Shown piece by piece: positions 51,139 to 59,840 of a DNA stretch of 64,000 nucleotides; the first letter of the stretch is position 1, and every line of letters begins with the position of its first letter. The stretch lies in contig JAAOIK010000009.1 of the NCBI GenBank assembly GCA_015163855.1, positions 5,113 to 69,112 of the forward strand, read 5' to 3'. The notes beneath the pieces were generated by a model. It made no database searches. It saw nothing but the letters and a program-made list of their open reading frames with translations, and was not told the DNA's origin. A program made the translations under genes and the position numbers. The stretch is from Pseudobdellovibrionaceae bacterium (GTDB lineage Bacteria > Bdellovibrionota > Bdellovibrionia > Bdellovibrionales > UBA1609).

Positions 51139-51384
51139 ATGGAATCGTCAAACTTACAAGGCTTAGTGTCTTTTATGGCAGAATCTTTAGTAGATAATGT
51201 AGAAAGTGTTAGTGTTCATGAAGTGGACGGGGAGCATGGTGCTGTTTTAGAGCTAAAGGTGGACTCTGGTGACTTAGGAAAGGTTATTGGAAAACAAGGC
51301 CGCACAGCTCGTGCAATGCGCACTATTTTATCTGCGGCTAGTTCTAAGCTACAAAAGCGCAGCACTTTAGAAATCGTAGAGTAG
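51139..51384 (+). CDS. KH-domain RNA-binding protein (YlqC/UPF0109 family)
   Basis: GKVIGKQGRTARAMRTIL GxxG KH motif. It sits at the conserved position between rpsP and rimM. RBS AAGGAG. Confidence 0.85.
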   Translation: MESSNLQGLVSFMAESLVDNVESVSVHEVDGEHGAVLELKVDSGDLGKVIGKQGRTARAMRTILSAASSKLQKRSTLEIVE

Positions 51385-51393
51385 TTTTAGCTT

Positions 51394-51972
51394 TTGAATT
51401 CTAAGCCTCAGCATTTTTTTCCCGAAAAATCACAAGATGTCCATTGGCAAGAATATCCTGTGGGTTATGTGTCTGCAGCTCATGGCATTGGCGGTGATAT
51501 TATTTTGCATTTATTTGCTTTTCCAGTAATTGAGATCACTCAACTAAAACATTTAAGATTGTATGCTTATAACAAGCAGTTATTAGAGTATGAAATAAAA
51601 AGCCTTCGCCCTTATAAACAATCTTTTCTGGTTACTTGTGGTTTAGAAAATAGAAATAAGGCCGAAGAGTTACAAGGTTCGCAGCTTTGGCTCGAAAAAT
51701 CGTTTTTATTAAACCAAAAATCTGGTTTTATTTTACAATTTTTGGGTTGGGAACTTTTTGATACTAATAAAAATAAAAATTGTGGCAAGGTGGTAGATTT
51801 TGGTTTTAATGGTGTGCAAAATTTATTAGTAATTAAAACTTTAGACAATAATTTTTTTGATGTTCCTTTTTTTAAACACTTAGATTATAAAGTCTGTACA
51901 GAAAAAAAACGAATAGAGTTATCGTTGGTGGAAGGTTTAGAAGAATTGACTTATGCTAGAGGGTCGTTGTGA
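51394..51972 (+). CDS. rimM: 16S rRNA processing protein RimM
   Basis: VGYVSAAHGIGGDIILH matches the RimM N-terminal motif. There is a PRC-barrel-like C-terminus. TTG start. The stop overlaps the trmD GTG (GTGA). Confidence 0.8.
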   Translation: MNSKPQHFFPEKSQDVHWQEYPVGYVSAAHGIGGDIILHLFAFPVIEITQLKHLRLYAYNKQLLEYEIKSLRPYKQSFLVTCGLENRNKAEELQGSQLWLEKSFLLNQKSGFILQFLGWELFDTNKNKNCGKVVDFGFNGVQNLLVIKTLDNNFFDVPFFKHLDYKVCTEKKRIELSLVEGLEELTYARGSL

Positions 51973-53288
51973 AATTTAATATTATTAGTATTTTTCCAGA
52001 AATGATTGAGCAAGCTTTGTCTTGTGGTGTGGTAGGTCGTGGAGTGAAAAATAACACTTTGTCTGTAAATATTGTTAATTTGCGCGATTTTGCTACAGAC
52101 AAATACCAAAGCGTAGATGATAAGCCTTATGGCGGCGGTGATGGAATGCTGTTAAAGCCCGAGCCCATGGCTAAAGCCTTAGCCTCTTTAGGTATAAAAA
52201 ACACTTCCACAAGCAACGCGGAAAAGCCCCGCAGTCATAAGGTGGTCTATCTATCCCCTCAAGGAGAGAAGTGGACTCATAATAAGGCTCAAGACTGGGC
52301 AAAAAACTGCCAAGAGGTTACGCTCTTGTGTGGTCGCTACGGAGGTTTAGACCAGCGTATTTTAGACTTATATGTAGATGAAGAGGTGTCTGTGGGGGAC
52401 TATGTATTAAGTGGAGGCGAGTTACCCGCTTTAACACTTGTTGATAGTATTAGCCGATTTATACCAGGGGTTTTGGGGCATGAAGATTCTGCACGAAAAG
52501 ACTCTTTTAGTGAGTATCTTTTAGAGGCGCCTCAATTTACAAGGCCTGCCGTTTTTCAATCTTTGCAGGTTCCTGAAGTTTTAATGAGTGGAAATCATAA
52601 AGATATAGAAAAATACAAAAAAGATTTGTCCATTAGTGTTACGCAACAAAAAAGGCCCGATTTATATGAAAGCTATTTAGCTTTTAAAAATCGGGAAGAA
52701 AAAAAAACTTGTGCAAAAGCGCTGGGCTCATTATCTATCGCATTAATGCACAACAAGGTATTAAATAAACAAGGCGAAGAAATTATTACCACGCTTACAC
52801 ATTTTGATATTCACGACATTGCCAGAAGTGCTAAAACCTATAATTTAAAAAAATATTTTATTGTAAATCCTGTACCTGAGCAATTAGCGTTTTTGTCTAG
52901 AGTTTTAGACCACTGGAGGCTAAAGAGAACTAAGGGTAGTAATAGAGCACAAGCTTTAGGTTTAGTTAGCGGTGTGATAAATTTTGACGAGCTACTATTA
53001 CAGTTTTCTAAAAAGCCCTTTATTATCTTTACTAGTGCTAAAAAAATTGCAGGCCTACCGATCATTAGTGTAAAGCAGGTTGCCGAAAAACTACAAAATA
53101 AAGTTTCCCTCCAAGGGGAGTCTAAGGAAGTTTTATTATTACTTGGAACTGGCCATGGACTGTCCTCCTCTCTTTTGGATTTGTGTGACGCAGTATTAGA
53201 GCCTATTGATACAGGATCAGGCTTTAATCACTTATCTGTTCGCTCTGCGTTGAGTATCTTATTGGATAGAATTTATCAAAACAGTTAA
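51969..53288 (+). CDS. trmD: tRNA (guanine37-N1)-methyltransferase TrmD fused to a C-terminal ~185-aa SPOUT-like predicted RNA methyltransferase domain
   Basis: The TrmD part covers residues 1 to ~237 (FNIISIFPEM, DDKPYGGGDGMLL, LCGRYGGLDQR, SVGDYVLSGGELPA, MSGNH). The extra domain covers residues ~254-439 (ALMHNKVLNKQGEEIITTLTHFDIHDIARSAKTY...LLGTGHGL...LEPI...FNHLSVRSALSILLDR). Confidence 0.85.
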   Translation: MKFNIISIFPEMIEQALSCGVVGRGVKNNTLSVNIVNLRDFATDKYQSVDDKPYGGGDGMLLKPEPMAKALASLGIKNTSTSNAEKPRSHKVVYLSPQGEKWTHNKAQDWAKNCQEVTLLCGRYGGLDQRILDLYVDEEVSVGDYVLSGGELPALTLVDSISRFIPGVLGHEDSARKDSFSEYLLEAPQFTRPAVFQSLQVPEVLMSGNHKDIEKYKKDLSISVTQQKRPDLYESYLAFKNREEKKTCAKALGSLSIALMHNKVLNKQGEEIITTLTHFDIHDIARSAKTYNLKKYFIVNPVPEQLAFLSRVLDHWRLKRTKGSNRAQALGLVSGVINFDELLLQFSKKPFIIFTSAKKIAGLPIISVKQVAEKLQNKVSLQGESKEVLLLLGTGHGLSSSLLDLCDAVLEPIDTGSGFNHLSVRSALSILLDRIYQNS

Positions 53289-53313
53289 ACCAAAGATAAA
53301 AGCCTGACTTTTC

Positions 53314-53342
53314 TTGACCTTTTTTAAGATAAAAGGTAGATT
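53314..53342 (+). promoter_or_regulatory. candidate sigma70 promoter for rplS
   Basis: TTGACC (53314-53319), 17-nt spacer, TAGATT (53337-53342). Confidence 0.35.
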
Positions 53343-53420
53343 TTCAAAGATTATTAACTTCGCTTTTTTCTTTATAATAACTAAGGTAAAAAAGAGTAAA
53401 ATTTATTTAAGGTAATTACT

Positions 53421-53804
53421 ATGAGTGATTTTGTAAGAGCGGCTACATTTGGAAAGGCTACCGACATACAAACAGCAATGAAAAAGCTTCCTGCTTTTAA
53501 GGCTGGTGATACTATTGCTGTTTACTCTAAAATTAAAGAGGGCGGCAAAGAAAGGTTGCAAAAATTTCAAGGAGTGGTTTTAAAAGTTCAAGGTAGTGGT
53601 ATGGGGAGAAGTTTCACAGTAAGAAAAATGTCTTCTAGCATTGGCGTGGAAAAAACATATCCTTTCTCTAGTCCATTTTTAGATCGTATTGAGTTAATTT
53701 CTCAGGCAAAGGTGCGCAGAGGCCGATTATTTTTTTTAAGAGAGTTAAGTGGTCGAGCAGCAAGGCTAAAATCGGTTGTCTTGCAAAAAGAAACAAAAAA
53801 ATAA
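53421..53804 (+). CDS. rplS: 50S ribosomal protein L19
   Basis: FKAGDTIAVYSKIKEGGKERLQKFQGVVLK...SFTVRK; conserved position after trmD. Confidence 0.95.
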   Translation: MSDFVRAATFGKATDIQTAMKKLPAFKAGDTIAVYSKIKEGGKERLQKFQGVVLKVQGSGMGRSFTVRKMSSSIGVEKTYPFSSPFLDRIELISQAKVRRGRLFFLRELSGRAARLKSVVLQKETKK

Positions 53805-53829
53805 AATTCCTTATAATTAAAAATCTTTT

Positions 53830-54408
53830 ATGCACAATAAAACCATTATTGGCGTGGATGAGGTAGGTAGAGGCTGTTTAGCGGGGCCTGTATTTGCAGC
53901 TGCGGTGGTTTTACCTCGTGAGTATGCTTCGCAGCAATTATTTAAAGACTCTAAATTACTAACAGCAAAAGCTCGTGAAGAACTGGCCACATTAATTATA
54001 GAGGTGGCTCGAGTTGGAGTTGCTTTTGCAACAGTTAAAGAAATTTTTGATTTAAATATTTTGCAAGCCTCTTTATTGGCAATGAAAAGAGCTGTGGAAA
54101 AAATAGATATAAAAGAAGCCACTGTTTTGGTGGATGGTAAATTTACTATTCCTTATTTACCTTCTCAGTTTGTGCAAAAAGCCGTCATTAAAGGAGACTC
54201 TAAGCATCAAGAAATTGCAGCGGCATCCATTGTAGCTAAAGTGACTCGAGATAAGCTTCTTGTTAAAATGGCAAGACAGTACCCGCAGTATTTTTTTGAA
54301 AAACACAAAGGTTATGGAACTAAATTACACAAAGAGGCTATTCAAAAATGGGGTCCCTGTCAGGAGCATAGATCTTCATTTAAAGGCGTTAAAGAATTTT
54401 TGCAGTAA
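53830..54408 (+). CDS. rnhB: ribonuclease HII
   Basis: IIGVDEVGRGCLAGPV, DSKLLT, VDG, GDSK...AAASIVAKV motifs. Confidence 0.93.
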   Translation: MHNKTIIGVDEVGRGCLAGPVFAAAVVLPREYASQQLFKDSKLLTAKAREELATLIIEVARVGVAFATVKEIFDLNILQASLLAMKRAVEKIDIKEATVLVDGKFTIPYLPSQFVQKAVIKGDSKHQEIAAASIVAKVTRDKLLVKMARQYPQYFFEKHKGYGTKLHKEAIQKWGPCQEHRSSFKGVKEFLQ

Positions 54409-54421
54409 TAAGCGCTTAATT

Positions 54422-54525
54422 CAGAACACAGGCCAGAGCACGGGCCAGAACGCAGGCCAGAACACGGGCCAGAACGCAGGCCAGAACGCAGGCCAGAACG
54501 CAGGCCAGAACGCAGGCCAGAACGA
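54422..54525. repeat. GC-rich 12-bp tandem repeat, 8 full copies plus 8 nt (consensus CAGAACGCAGGC)
   Basis: Units in order: CAGAACACAGGC, CAGAGCACGGGC, CAGAACGCAGGC, CAGAACACGGGC, then four identical CAGAACGCAGGC, then CAGAACGA. It starts 14 nt after the rnhB stop. Confidence 0.97.
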
Positions 54526-54592
54526 TATAGTCTATAACAGCGCCCCTCCCATTGATTCACAGTTATTATTTAATTTATCTAAAGCTTTGCAA

Positions 54593-54976
54593 GTGGTAGA
54601 GTTTGTGAATAAGCAAAGTATTTTTTCTACTTGTAGGTACAGAAATTTATCCTCAGAGCAAAAAGGCTATTTAAATGAATTTTTTGTCATCAATTTTTTT
54701 TTACAGAAGTCTTATAAATGGGTTTTATATCGCAGCAAAAAATATTTTTCTGAAGTAGATTTATTATTTTTTTATAAAGGCTGTTATCATCTAATAGAAG
54801 TAAAGTCTTACAACTCATCTAGTTTTGACATGGGGGTTATTTCTAATAAACAGAAGCAGCGATTAAAAAAAAGTTTTTTGTGTTTACAAAAAAATTTTTC
54901 TCCCTTGCGTGCGCATTTAATATCTGTAGATGTGTTACAAAAACAGTTTTATATTTTTTTTGATTTTTTATATTAA
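54593..54976 (+). CDS. yraN: YraN-family (UPF0102) endonuclease-like protein; 5' end uncertain
   Basis: EQKGYLNEFFVINFFLQKSYKWVLYRSKKYFSEVDLLFF..HLIEVKS fits the YraN core (GE..A...L...G......N.r...GEIDLI....lvfVEVK). There is no ATG between the repeat and the core. Candidate starts are TTG 54587, GTG 54593 and GTG 54605. The frame is open back to TTG 54260 and ATG 54314 inside rnhB. Confidence 0.6.
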   Translation: MVEFVNKQSIFSTCRYRNLSSEQKGYLNEFFVINFFLQKSYKWVLYRSKKYFSEVDLLFFYKGCYHLIEVKSYNSSSFDMGVISNKQKQRLKKSFLCLQKNFSPLRAHLISVDVLQKQFYIFFDFLY

Positions 54977-54984
54977 TGCTATGC

Positions 54985-57255
54985 TTATATATCTAACTTT
55001 AAATCAAGGTAAAAACTACTATCTTGTTTTAATTTGGTTTTTTGTTGAAAGCTAATTTTCCAACAGTGATTATCGGGTTGATAAAAAATTTGATAGTCCC
55101 AGGTTTGCACTTGTCGGCCTTGGTTAATTCTTTTAAATAGATCTACACTTCCTTCGACACCCCAGTTATCTGTAGATACTAAACTAGTTAGTTTTAAATT
55201 TTCTTGTTTATTATACGAAACATTTTTTTCTGTGCCTGTAAAAAAAGTATTAGAATAGTTTATGTCTACTTTATAGTTTTTATTTTCTGACACCCAATAA
55301 ATGTAATTACTTGTACTTAATAATTTACTGCTGTGGCTATATTCTGCCTTACTTAAAATTCCTAAATTATTAATAGTTAAATTCATTTTTGTTAAAAGTT
55401 TTTCGGCTTGATAATTATTTTTGCCTACAAGAGCGTAAGCTTGAGAAATTTGAAAATCTAATAAGCGAGCGTAATTATCATTGGCTTTTTTAATTACTTG
55501 GCTATAAAGTTTAAAATTAATACGGGTATTTTTTTCCACACTATCATAGTAGTCAAATTGAATAATTTCATTGGGGTTGGCAAAATGATTATCACTTAAT
55601 ATTTGTTCTTTATTTTTTTTATTGCTTTGAAAAAAAGAATGCTTATTGTTTATAACCGTAGGGATATAAGAAATTTCTACACTAGGCTCTATATTATGCT
55701 TATACTTTACACCTTTTTGAGAAAATATTTTATAAAAATTACTTTTAGCAAAATAATTAAAATTTAAATAGCTTTGGTGTGCAGAGTTTTTATATTCTAA
55801 TGTGTTTAATGAATTTGCTTTGGGGTTAAAAGAATATAGAAATTGATTATAAGACAATGTTAAACTGGTTTTTATAAGATTGTTGGGTTGAAAATTTAAA
55901 CTAATATTTGGCTTTATATGTAGCCTTTTTCCAGAAGTAATAATATCTGTGCTAGGGTTAAACAAAGAAGAAGGGTCGGTATTGATAGTTCTTTGACCAT
56001 TTAATACCTTGCTAGAAACAAAACCTTTCCCGTTGGTATTAAAATGATTAAAATTAAGATTTAAACTAGTGGAAACTTGCTTAAATATTTTTTTATTAGC
56101 TAATAGGGCATATTGTAAATTAGGAAAACTATAGATTAGACTTTTTTTAAAAGAAGGACCTTTATGCAAAAGATTTTGGTACAAGCTTCCTTTTATATTT
56201 GTATGTTGTATAAAATTTTCGTTTTGAAAATTTTTTGTTAAAGATATTTTATTTTCTAAAGCAGTTTCACCATATTTTTTTAAAATAGGGTCATCTTCAT
56301 CGTAAAAACCTTGTAAGTATTTTTGGCTGGATATAAATTGAAAACTGAGCCTTTGTATCCAGTTATTTTTATGCTCTAAGTAGTGCTTGTAAGTAAGGGC
56401 TGTATATTGAGTATGGTCTGGTTTATTCCAAAGGTGACTTAAGTAAAAGTTTAAATATTTTTTCTTTGCAAATATGTGCCTATACTCTAAAGCACTTCTA
56501 ATAATTTTTTTACTAAATATAGTTTCATTAATAGTAAGATCATTGTTGATATTAAAAGGTATAAAAAAAGATTGAGAGTAGCTCCAGCCCCACTTTTTAC
56601 TAAAGGCTATTTTAGGCATTAGTAGCCCAATAGCTCTATTTGTATTAAAAGGAAAGGACAGAAAGGGAAGGGCAAGTATGGGCAGCCGTTTAAGATACAT
56701 TGTCGGAACCTTAACAAAGCTTCTTTCATTTTTAATTATAATTTTTTTGCTATGAATAGACCAGTCAGGAGAGTTTTTTTTACAATGCTTGCAAGAGGTA
56801 AAAATCGCATTGTCTACATGATACTGTAAGCCCTGTTTTTGTATTTTTTTTCCAGTAAAGTGATATTGTTTTGTTGTCAAAACAGCTTTGTAGCACTGCC
56901 AATTTTTTTCTTTTAATTGAAAGTATAAAGTTTTACATTTTACAATCGAATCAGAAGAAGTAAGCCGAACTCCCTTTTTAAATATAAGCTCTTTCTTTTT
57001 TAAATTAATAGTAGAAGAAGTGGAATAAAATTGGTAGTCACCAACCTTGATATATGTTTTTCCTTTAGTGTAAATTTTCTTTTCTTTTAACTTGTATTGA
57101 AAGTAAGAACTGTTGATTAATAAGTCTTGCTTAAGCTTAAGATTTAAACGTTGTAATTGGTTTTTAGCAGACAGCTTTTTTGCATTAGCAGCATTAGAGA
57201 TGATTATGCACAGGTAAAAAAATAAAAAATAAATTTTTTTATTAAAAAAGTTCAC
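54985..57255 (-). CDS. lptD: LPS-assembly outer-membrane protein LptD (OstA family)
   Basis: Signal peptide and N-terminal OstA-like region. The conserved block is FTSCKHCKKNSPDWSIHSKKIII...LKRLPILALPFLSFPFNTNRAIGLLMP. Long beta-barrel-type C-terminus. GTG start. Confidence 0.8.
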   Translation of the reverse strand: MNFFNKKIYFLFFYLCIIISNAANAKKLSAKNQLQRLNLKLKQDLLINSSYFQYKLKEKKIYTKGKTYIKVGDYQFYSTSSTINLKKKELIFKKGVRLTSSDSIVKCKTLYFQLKEKNWQCYKAVLTTKQYHFTGKKIQKQGLQYHVDNAIFTSCKHCKKNSPDWSIHSKKIIIKNERSFVKVPTMYLKRLPILALPFLSFPFNTNRAIGLLMPKIAFSKKWGWSYSQSFFIPFNINNDLTINETIFSKKIIRSALEYRHIFAKKKYLNFYLSHLWNKPDHTQYTALTYKHYLEHKNNWIQRLSFQFISSQKYLQGFYDEDDPILKKYGETALENKISLTKNFQNENFIQHTNIKGSLYQNLLHKGPSFKKSLIYSFPNLQYALLANKKIFKQVSTSLNLNFNHFNTNGKGFVSSKVLNGQRTINTDPSSLFNPSTDIITSGKRLHIKPNISLNFQPNNLIKTSLTLSYNQFLYSFNPKANSLNTLEYKNSAHQSYLNFNYFAKSNFYKIFSQKGVKYKHNIEPSVEISYIPTVINNKHSFFQSNKKNKEQILSDNHFANPNEIIQFDYYDSVEKNTRINFKLYSQVIKKANDNYARLLDFQISQAYALVGKNNYQAEKLLTKMNLTINNLGILSKAEYSHSSKLLSTSNYIYWVSENKNYKVDINYSNTFFTGTEKNVSYNKQENLKLTSLVSTDNWGVEGSVDLFKRINQGRQVQTWDYQIFYQPDNHCWKISFQQKTKLKQDSSFYLDLKLDI

Positions 57256-57266
57256 CGGATTAGCTT

Positions 57267-58205
57267 TTATTTACTATAACTAGAGTATAGATTGGCTAGA
57301 ACCCTAGAAATGGGTTTTTTAACAGGCTTACTTAAAGATTTTTTAGATTCGGAAGCAAATGTGGAAGTTTCTACATTTTTCATTTTTTGTATTTGTTGTC
57401 GGCATTGATTTAAACTAAGGCTAATGTTTTGATTTAGTTTTTGTAAAGCTTGTTTTTGTTGCTCTAGGTTTTCTTGAGCTTCTTGAGACTGTCGTAATTT
57501 AATAATTAAAGTATTTTGGTTTTTTGATTGTATTTTTTGTTGAAGGTTTAATTCGGCATTGTCAGTGCTTAGTTTTGCGATTGCTTTTTTACTCTCTTTT
57601 AAAATGGTTTGCATTTTATTTATATAATTATCTCTACTTTCAGCAGTCTCTTTATATTTTATATTTTTTATTTTTATGTTTTTTATTTCTTCTTCTAAGG
57701 CCTTAAGCGCAACCATGGCTTTTTCTTTGATAGTGTTTTTTTGTTTTACAAAATCAGCATGAGCTTGCTTGGAAAATAAAAGATCTTTTCTTAGTTGAGA
57801 TAAAGTTTTTTGACTGTATTTATTAATATCATTAAGTTTTACATTTTCTTGGATTAGCTCACTGTTATTACTTTGAGCCACTTTAATTAGTTTTTGTATT
57901 TCTTGAGAAGTACTTTGAATGTGTTTTAATTTACCAAGCTGTTCTTGATTTTGCTTTGCATAATTTTGAAACAGTCTTCGTACTCTATTTTTAAATTTTA
58001 TTATATATTTCTGATGTTTTAATTCTTGAATTTCTTTTTCTTTTTTTAAAGTTAAAAGATCTTGTTGCTGCAGCTGAGCAATTTGGTATAACTTTTCTAC
58101 ATAGTTTAATAAAATTTTACTATCTTCTTGCTTTAAAAAATTAACAGAAAGTAATGATAACTTTATTTTTGGTAAAGTTTTTTGGTTTTGTAGTTGAGTA
58201 TCCAT
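57267..58205 (-). CDS. hypothetical Gln/Lys-rich coiled-coil protein
   Basis: 312 aa with heptad-like Q/K/L/E composition throughout. It ends 11 nt upstream of lptD on the same strand. Confidence 0.55.
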   Translation of the reverse strand: MDTQLQNQKTLPKIKLSLLSVNFLKQEDSKILLNYVEKLYQIAQLQQQDLLTLKKEKEIQELKHQKYIIKFKNRVRRLFQNYAKQNQEQLGKLKHIQSTSQEIQKLIKVAQSNNSELIQENVKLNDINKYSQKTLSQLRKDLLFSKQAHADFVKQKNTIKEKAMVALKALEEEIKNIKIKNIKYKETAESRDNYINKMQTILKESKKAIAKLSTDNAELNLQQKIQSKNQNTLIIKLRQSQEAQENLEQQKQALQKLNQNISLSLNQCRQQIQKMKNVETSTFASESKKSLSKPVKKPISRVLANLYSSYSK

Positions 58206-58296
58206 AACCTCTCCGTGGTAAAGAACTAAGTCCTTGCTAAAAGTATAGCAAAAAAAGGCTAGGGGTCAAAGTTTTGTACCCATAGGATAGTCTAGG

Positions 58297-59475
58297 CTAG
58301 TGCCGTGATTTTTTTAAAATTTTAGACTTTACGGCATCTAATACTGGCAAAAACTGTGCGTTTTCTAACTTGCGAGTATTAACAAGAAAGCTAGGAGTTC
58401 CTTGCACCTGTGCAGTTTGTCCAGCCTGCGCAAAGGCCAAAATACTATCTTGTGTTTTTTGGCTATCAAGGCAACTTTTCCACTGATTAATTTTTAATCC
58501 CGGAACGGCTTTTTTAATATCTAAAGAAAATTGAGAGGCATTGTAGTTATCTTTAATCTGAGATTGATTATCAAAAACAAAGTGATGAACAGCCCAGCCT
58601 TTATCTTGTTTATTGGCACAAAAAACGGCTTTAGTTAATGTGCAGGTTAAGCCCCCTCTGCTAAATTTTAAAGCAGGATTGCATTGAGAATCTAAAGGGA
58701 AGGGGTAAAATTCCAAACGAGTATTGTTAGAGTTGGCCAAAACAAAGGCTTTGATTTTAGGGTCTGCATGTTTACAGTGAGGGCATTGGTAGTCAGCAAA
58801 CTCTGTAATAATAATTTTTGCATTGGCTTTGCTAGCCCCTAAATGTAGCATGGGTGCTACATTTAAGTGTATTGCAGGGTTAGACTCCCATTCGTCTACA
58901 ATAAAACGCATTTGTCGTTTAAAATCTTTATTTTTAGGAGCTGATAGTAAAACATGGCTAAAAAAGCTTAATACCGCAATGGCAATAACAGGTTTCAAAA
59001 GTAAGTTTTTATTAAACAAGCTTTTTATATTCCATGTAGAGCGGGGAAGTAGTTTTCTTAAAGTGAACCAAATAATAATGGAAAGAAGGTAAAGCCCGAT
59101 ACAAAATAGGCAGTAGACATTTAAAAATAAAACAGAAATGCCCGCCATTATAATGGAGCCCAGCAAAGAAAAAGTGGCAAGGTTTAAGGCACTTTGTAAT
59201 CGTTTTTGACTGTTTAAAGGGCTAATTTTATTCAGAATAAGAAGGGCCAGTATTACTAGGTGTAAAGCAAGGCCTATGTTAGAAATAGGAATTCCAGCAA
59301 TATTGGAAAAGCTGCTAGCGCTTACGGCATCACAGTTAAACACTTTATTGATATTGCATATAGAACCACTGCTTTCTTGCGCACTATGCAGTTGGTAGTA
59401 ATGTAAAGATAAATAGAGTTGTAGGGCAATGGAGAAAAGAACAGCAATGAACAGCGTATTTTTTATTGTTTTCAT
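58297..59475 (-). CDS. vitamin K epoxide reductase (VKOR)-like membrane domain fused to a DsbA-like thioredoxin domain
   Basis: N-terminal 4-5 TM region with loop cysteines (SICNINKVFNCDAV) and membrane CLFC. C-terminal domain has EFADYQCPHCKH. Confidence 0.8.
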   Translation of the reverse strand: MKTIKNTLFIAVLFSIALQLYLSLHYYQLHSAQESSGSICNINKVFNCDAVSASSFSNIAGIPISNIGLALHLVILALLILNKISPLNSQKRLQSALNLATFSLLGSIIMAGISVLFLNVYCLFCIGLYLLSIIIWFTLRKLLPRSTWNIKSLFNKNLLLKPVIAIAVLSFFSHVLLSAPKNKDFKRQMRFIVDEWESNPAIHLNVAPMLHLGASKANAKIIITEFADYQCPHCKHADPKIKAFVLANSNNTRLEFYPFPLDSQCNPALKFSRGGLTCTLTKAVFCANKQDKGWAVHHFVFDNQSQIKDNYNASQFSLDIKKAVPGLKINQWKSCLDSQKTQDSILAFAQAGQTAQVQGTPSFLVNTRKLENAQFLPVLDAVKSKILKKSRH

Positions 59476-59507
59476 GTTAAAATACTAAAGAAAGAAAATC
59501 TTTTTGT

Positions 59508-59840
59508 CTAGGAACTGTTTTGTTCTTTTTTTGCAATTACTGATTTTGTTTTTGTTACTTTTCTTTTAATGGCTACTTTTTGTTTAAAGTGTTTTCCAGC
59601 TTTAAAACAAGGGCTTTTGCTAGGTGGAACTTCAATGCTTTCGCCAGTTTTAGGATTTTTAATTTGTTTTTTCTTGCGTGCCTTAACTAGAAAGGAGCCA
59701 AAGCCCATAAATTTTACTTCATGACCTTTTGCAAGAGAGTCTTGAATTAACTGTAGGGTGCCGTTTAGGGCTTGTTCCGTTTGTTTTTGGGGCCAAGATA
59801 ATTTTTTAGCTAAACTTTGTACAAATTGTGCTTTATTCAT
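59508..59840 (-). CDS. HU/IHF-family DNA-binding protein with a Lys-rich C-terminal tail
   Basis: MNKAQFVQSLAKK..., FMGFGSFLVKARKKKQIKNPKTGESIEVPPSKSPCFKAGK. Then a ~20-aa basic tail KQKVAIKRKVTKTKSVIAKKEQ. Confidence 0.85.
   Translation of the reverse strand: MNKAQFVQSLAKKLSWPQKQTEQALNGTLQLIQDSLAKGHEVKFMGFGSFLVKARKKKQIKNPKTGESIEVPPSKSPCFKAGKHFKQKVAIKRKVTKTKSVIAKKEQNSS

Noticed and set aside
54422-54525. Possible CRISPR array
   Set aside because: The units are directly abutting 12-mers with no spacers. No cas genes or leader are present.
54360-54560. 66-aa minus-strand ORF encoding (SGLR)n across the 12-bp repeat
   Set aside because: It is open only because the repeat lacks stops on that strand. 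There is no RBS, and it overlaps the rnhB 3' end.
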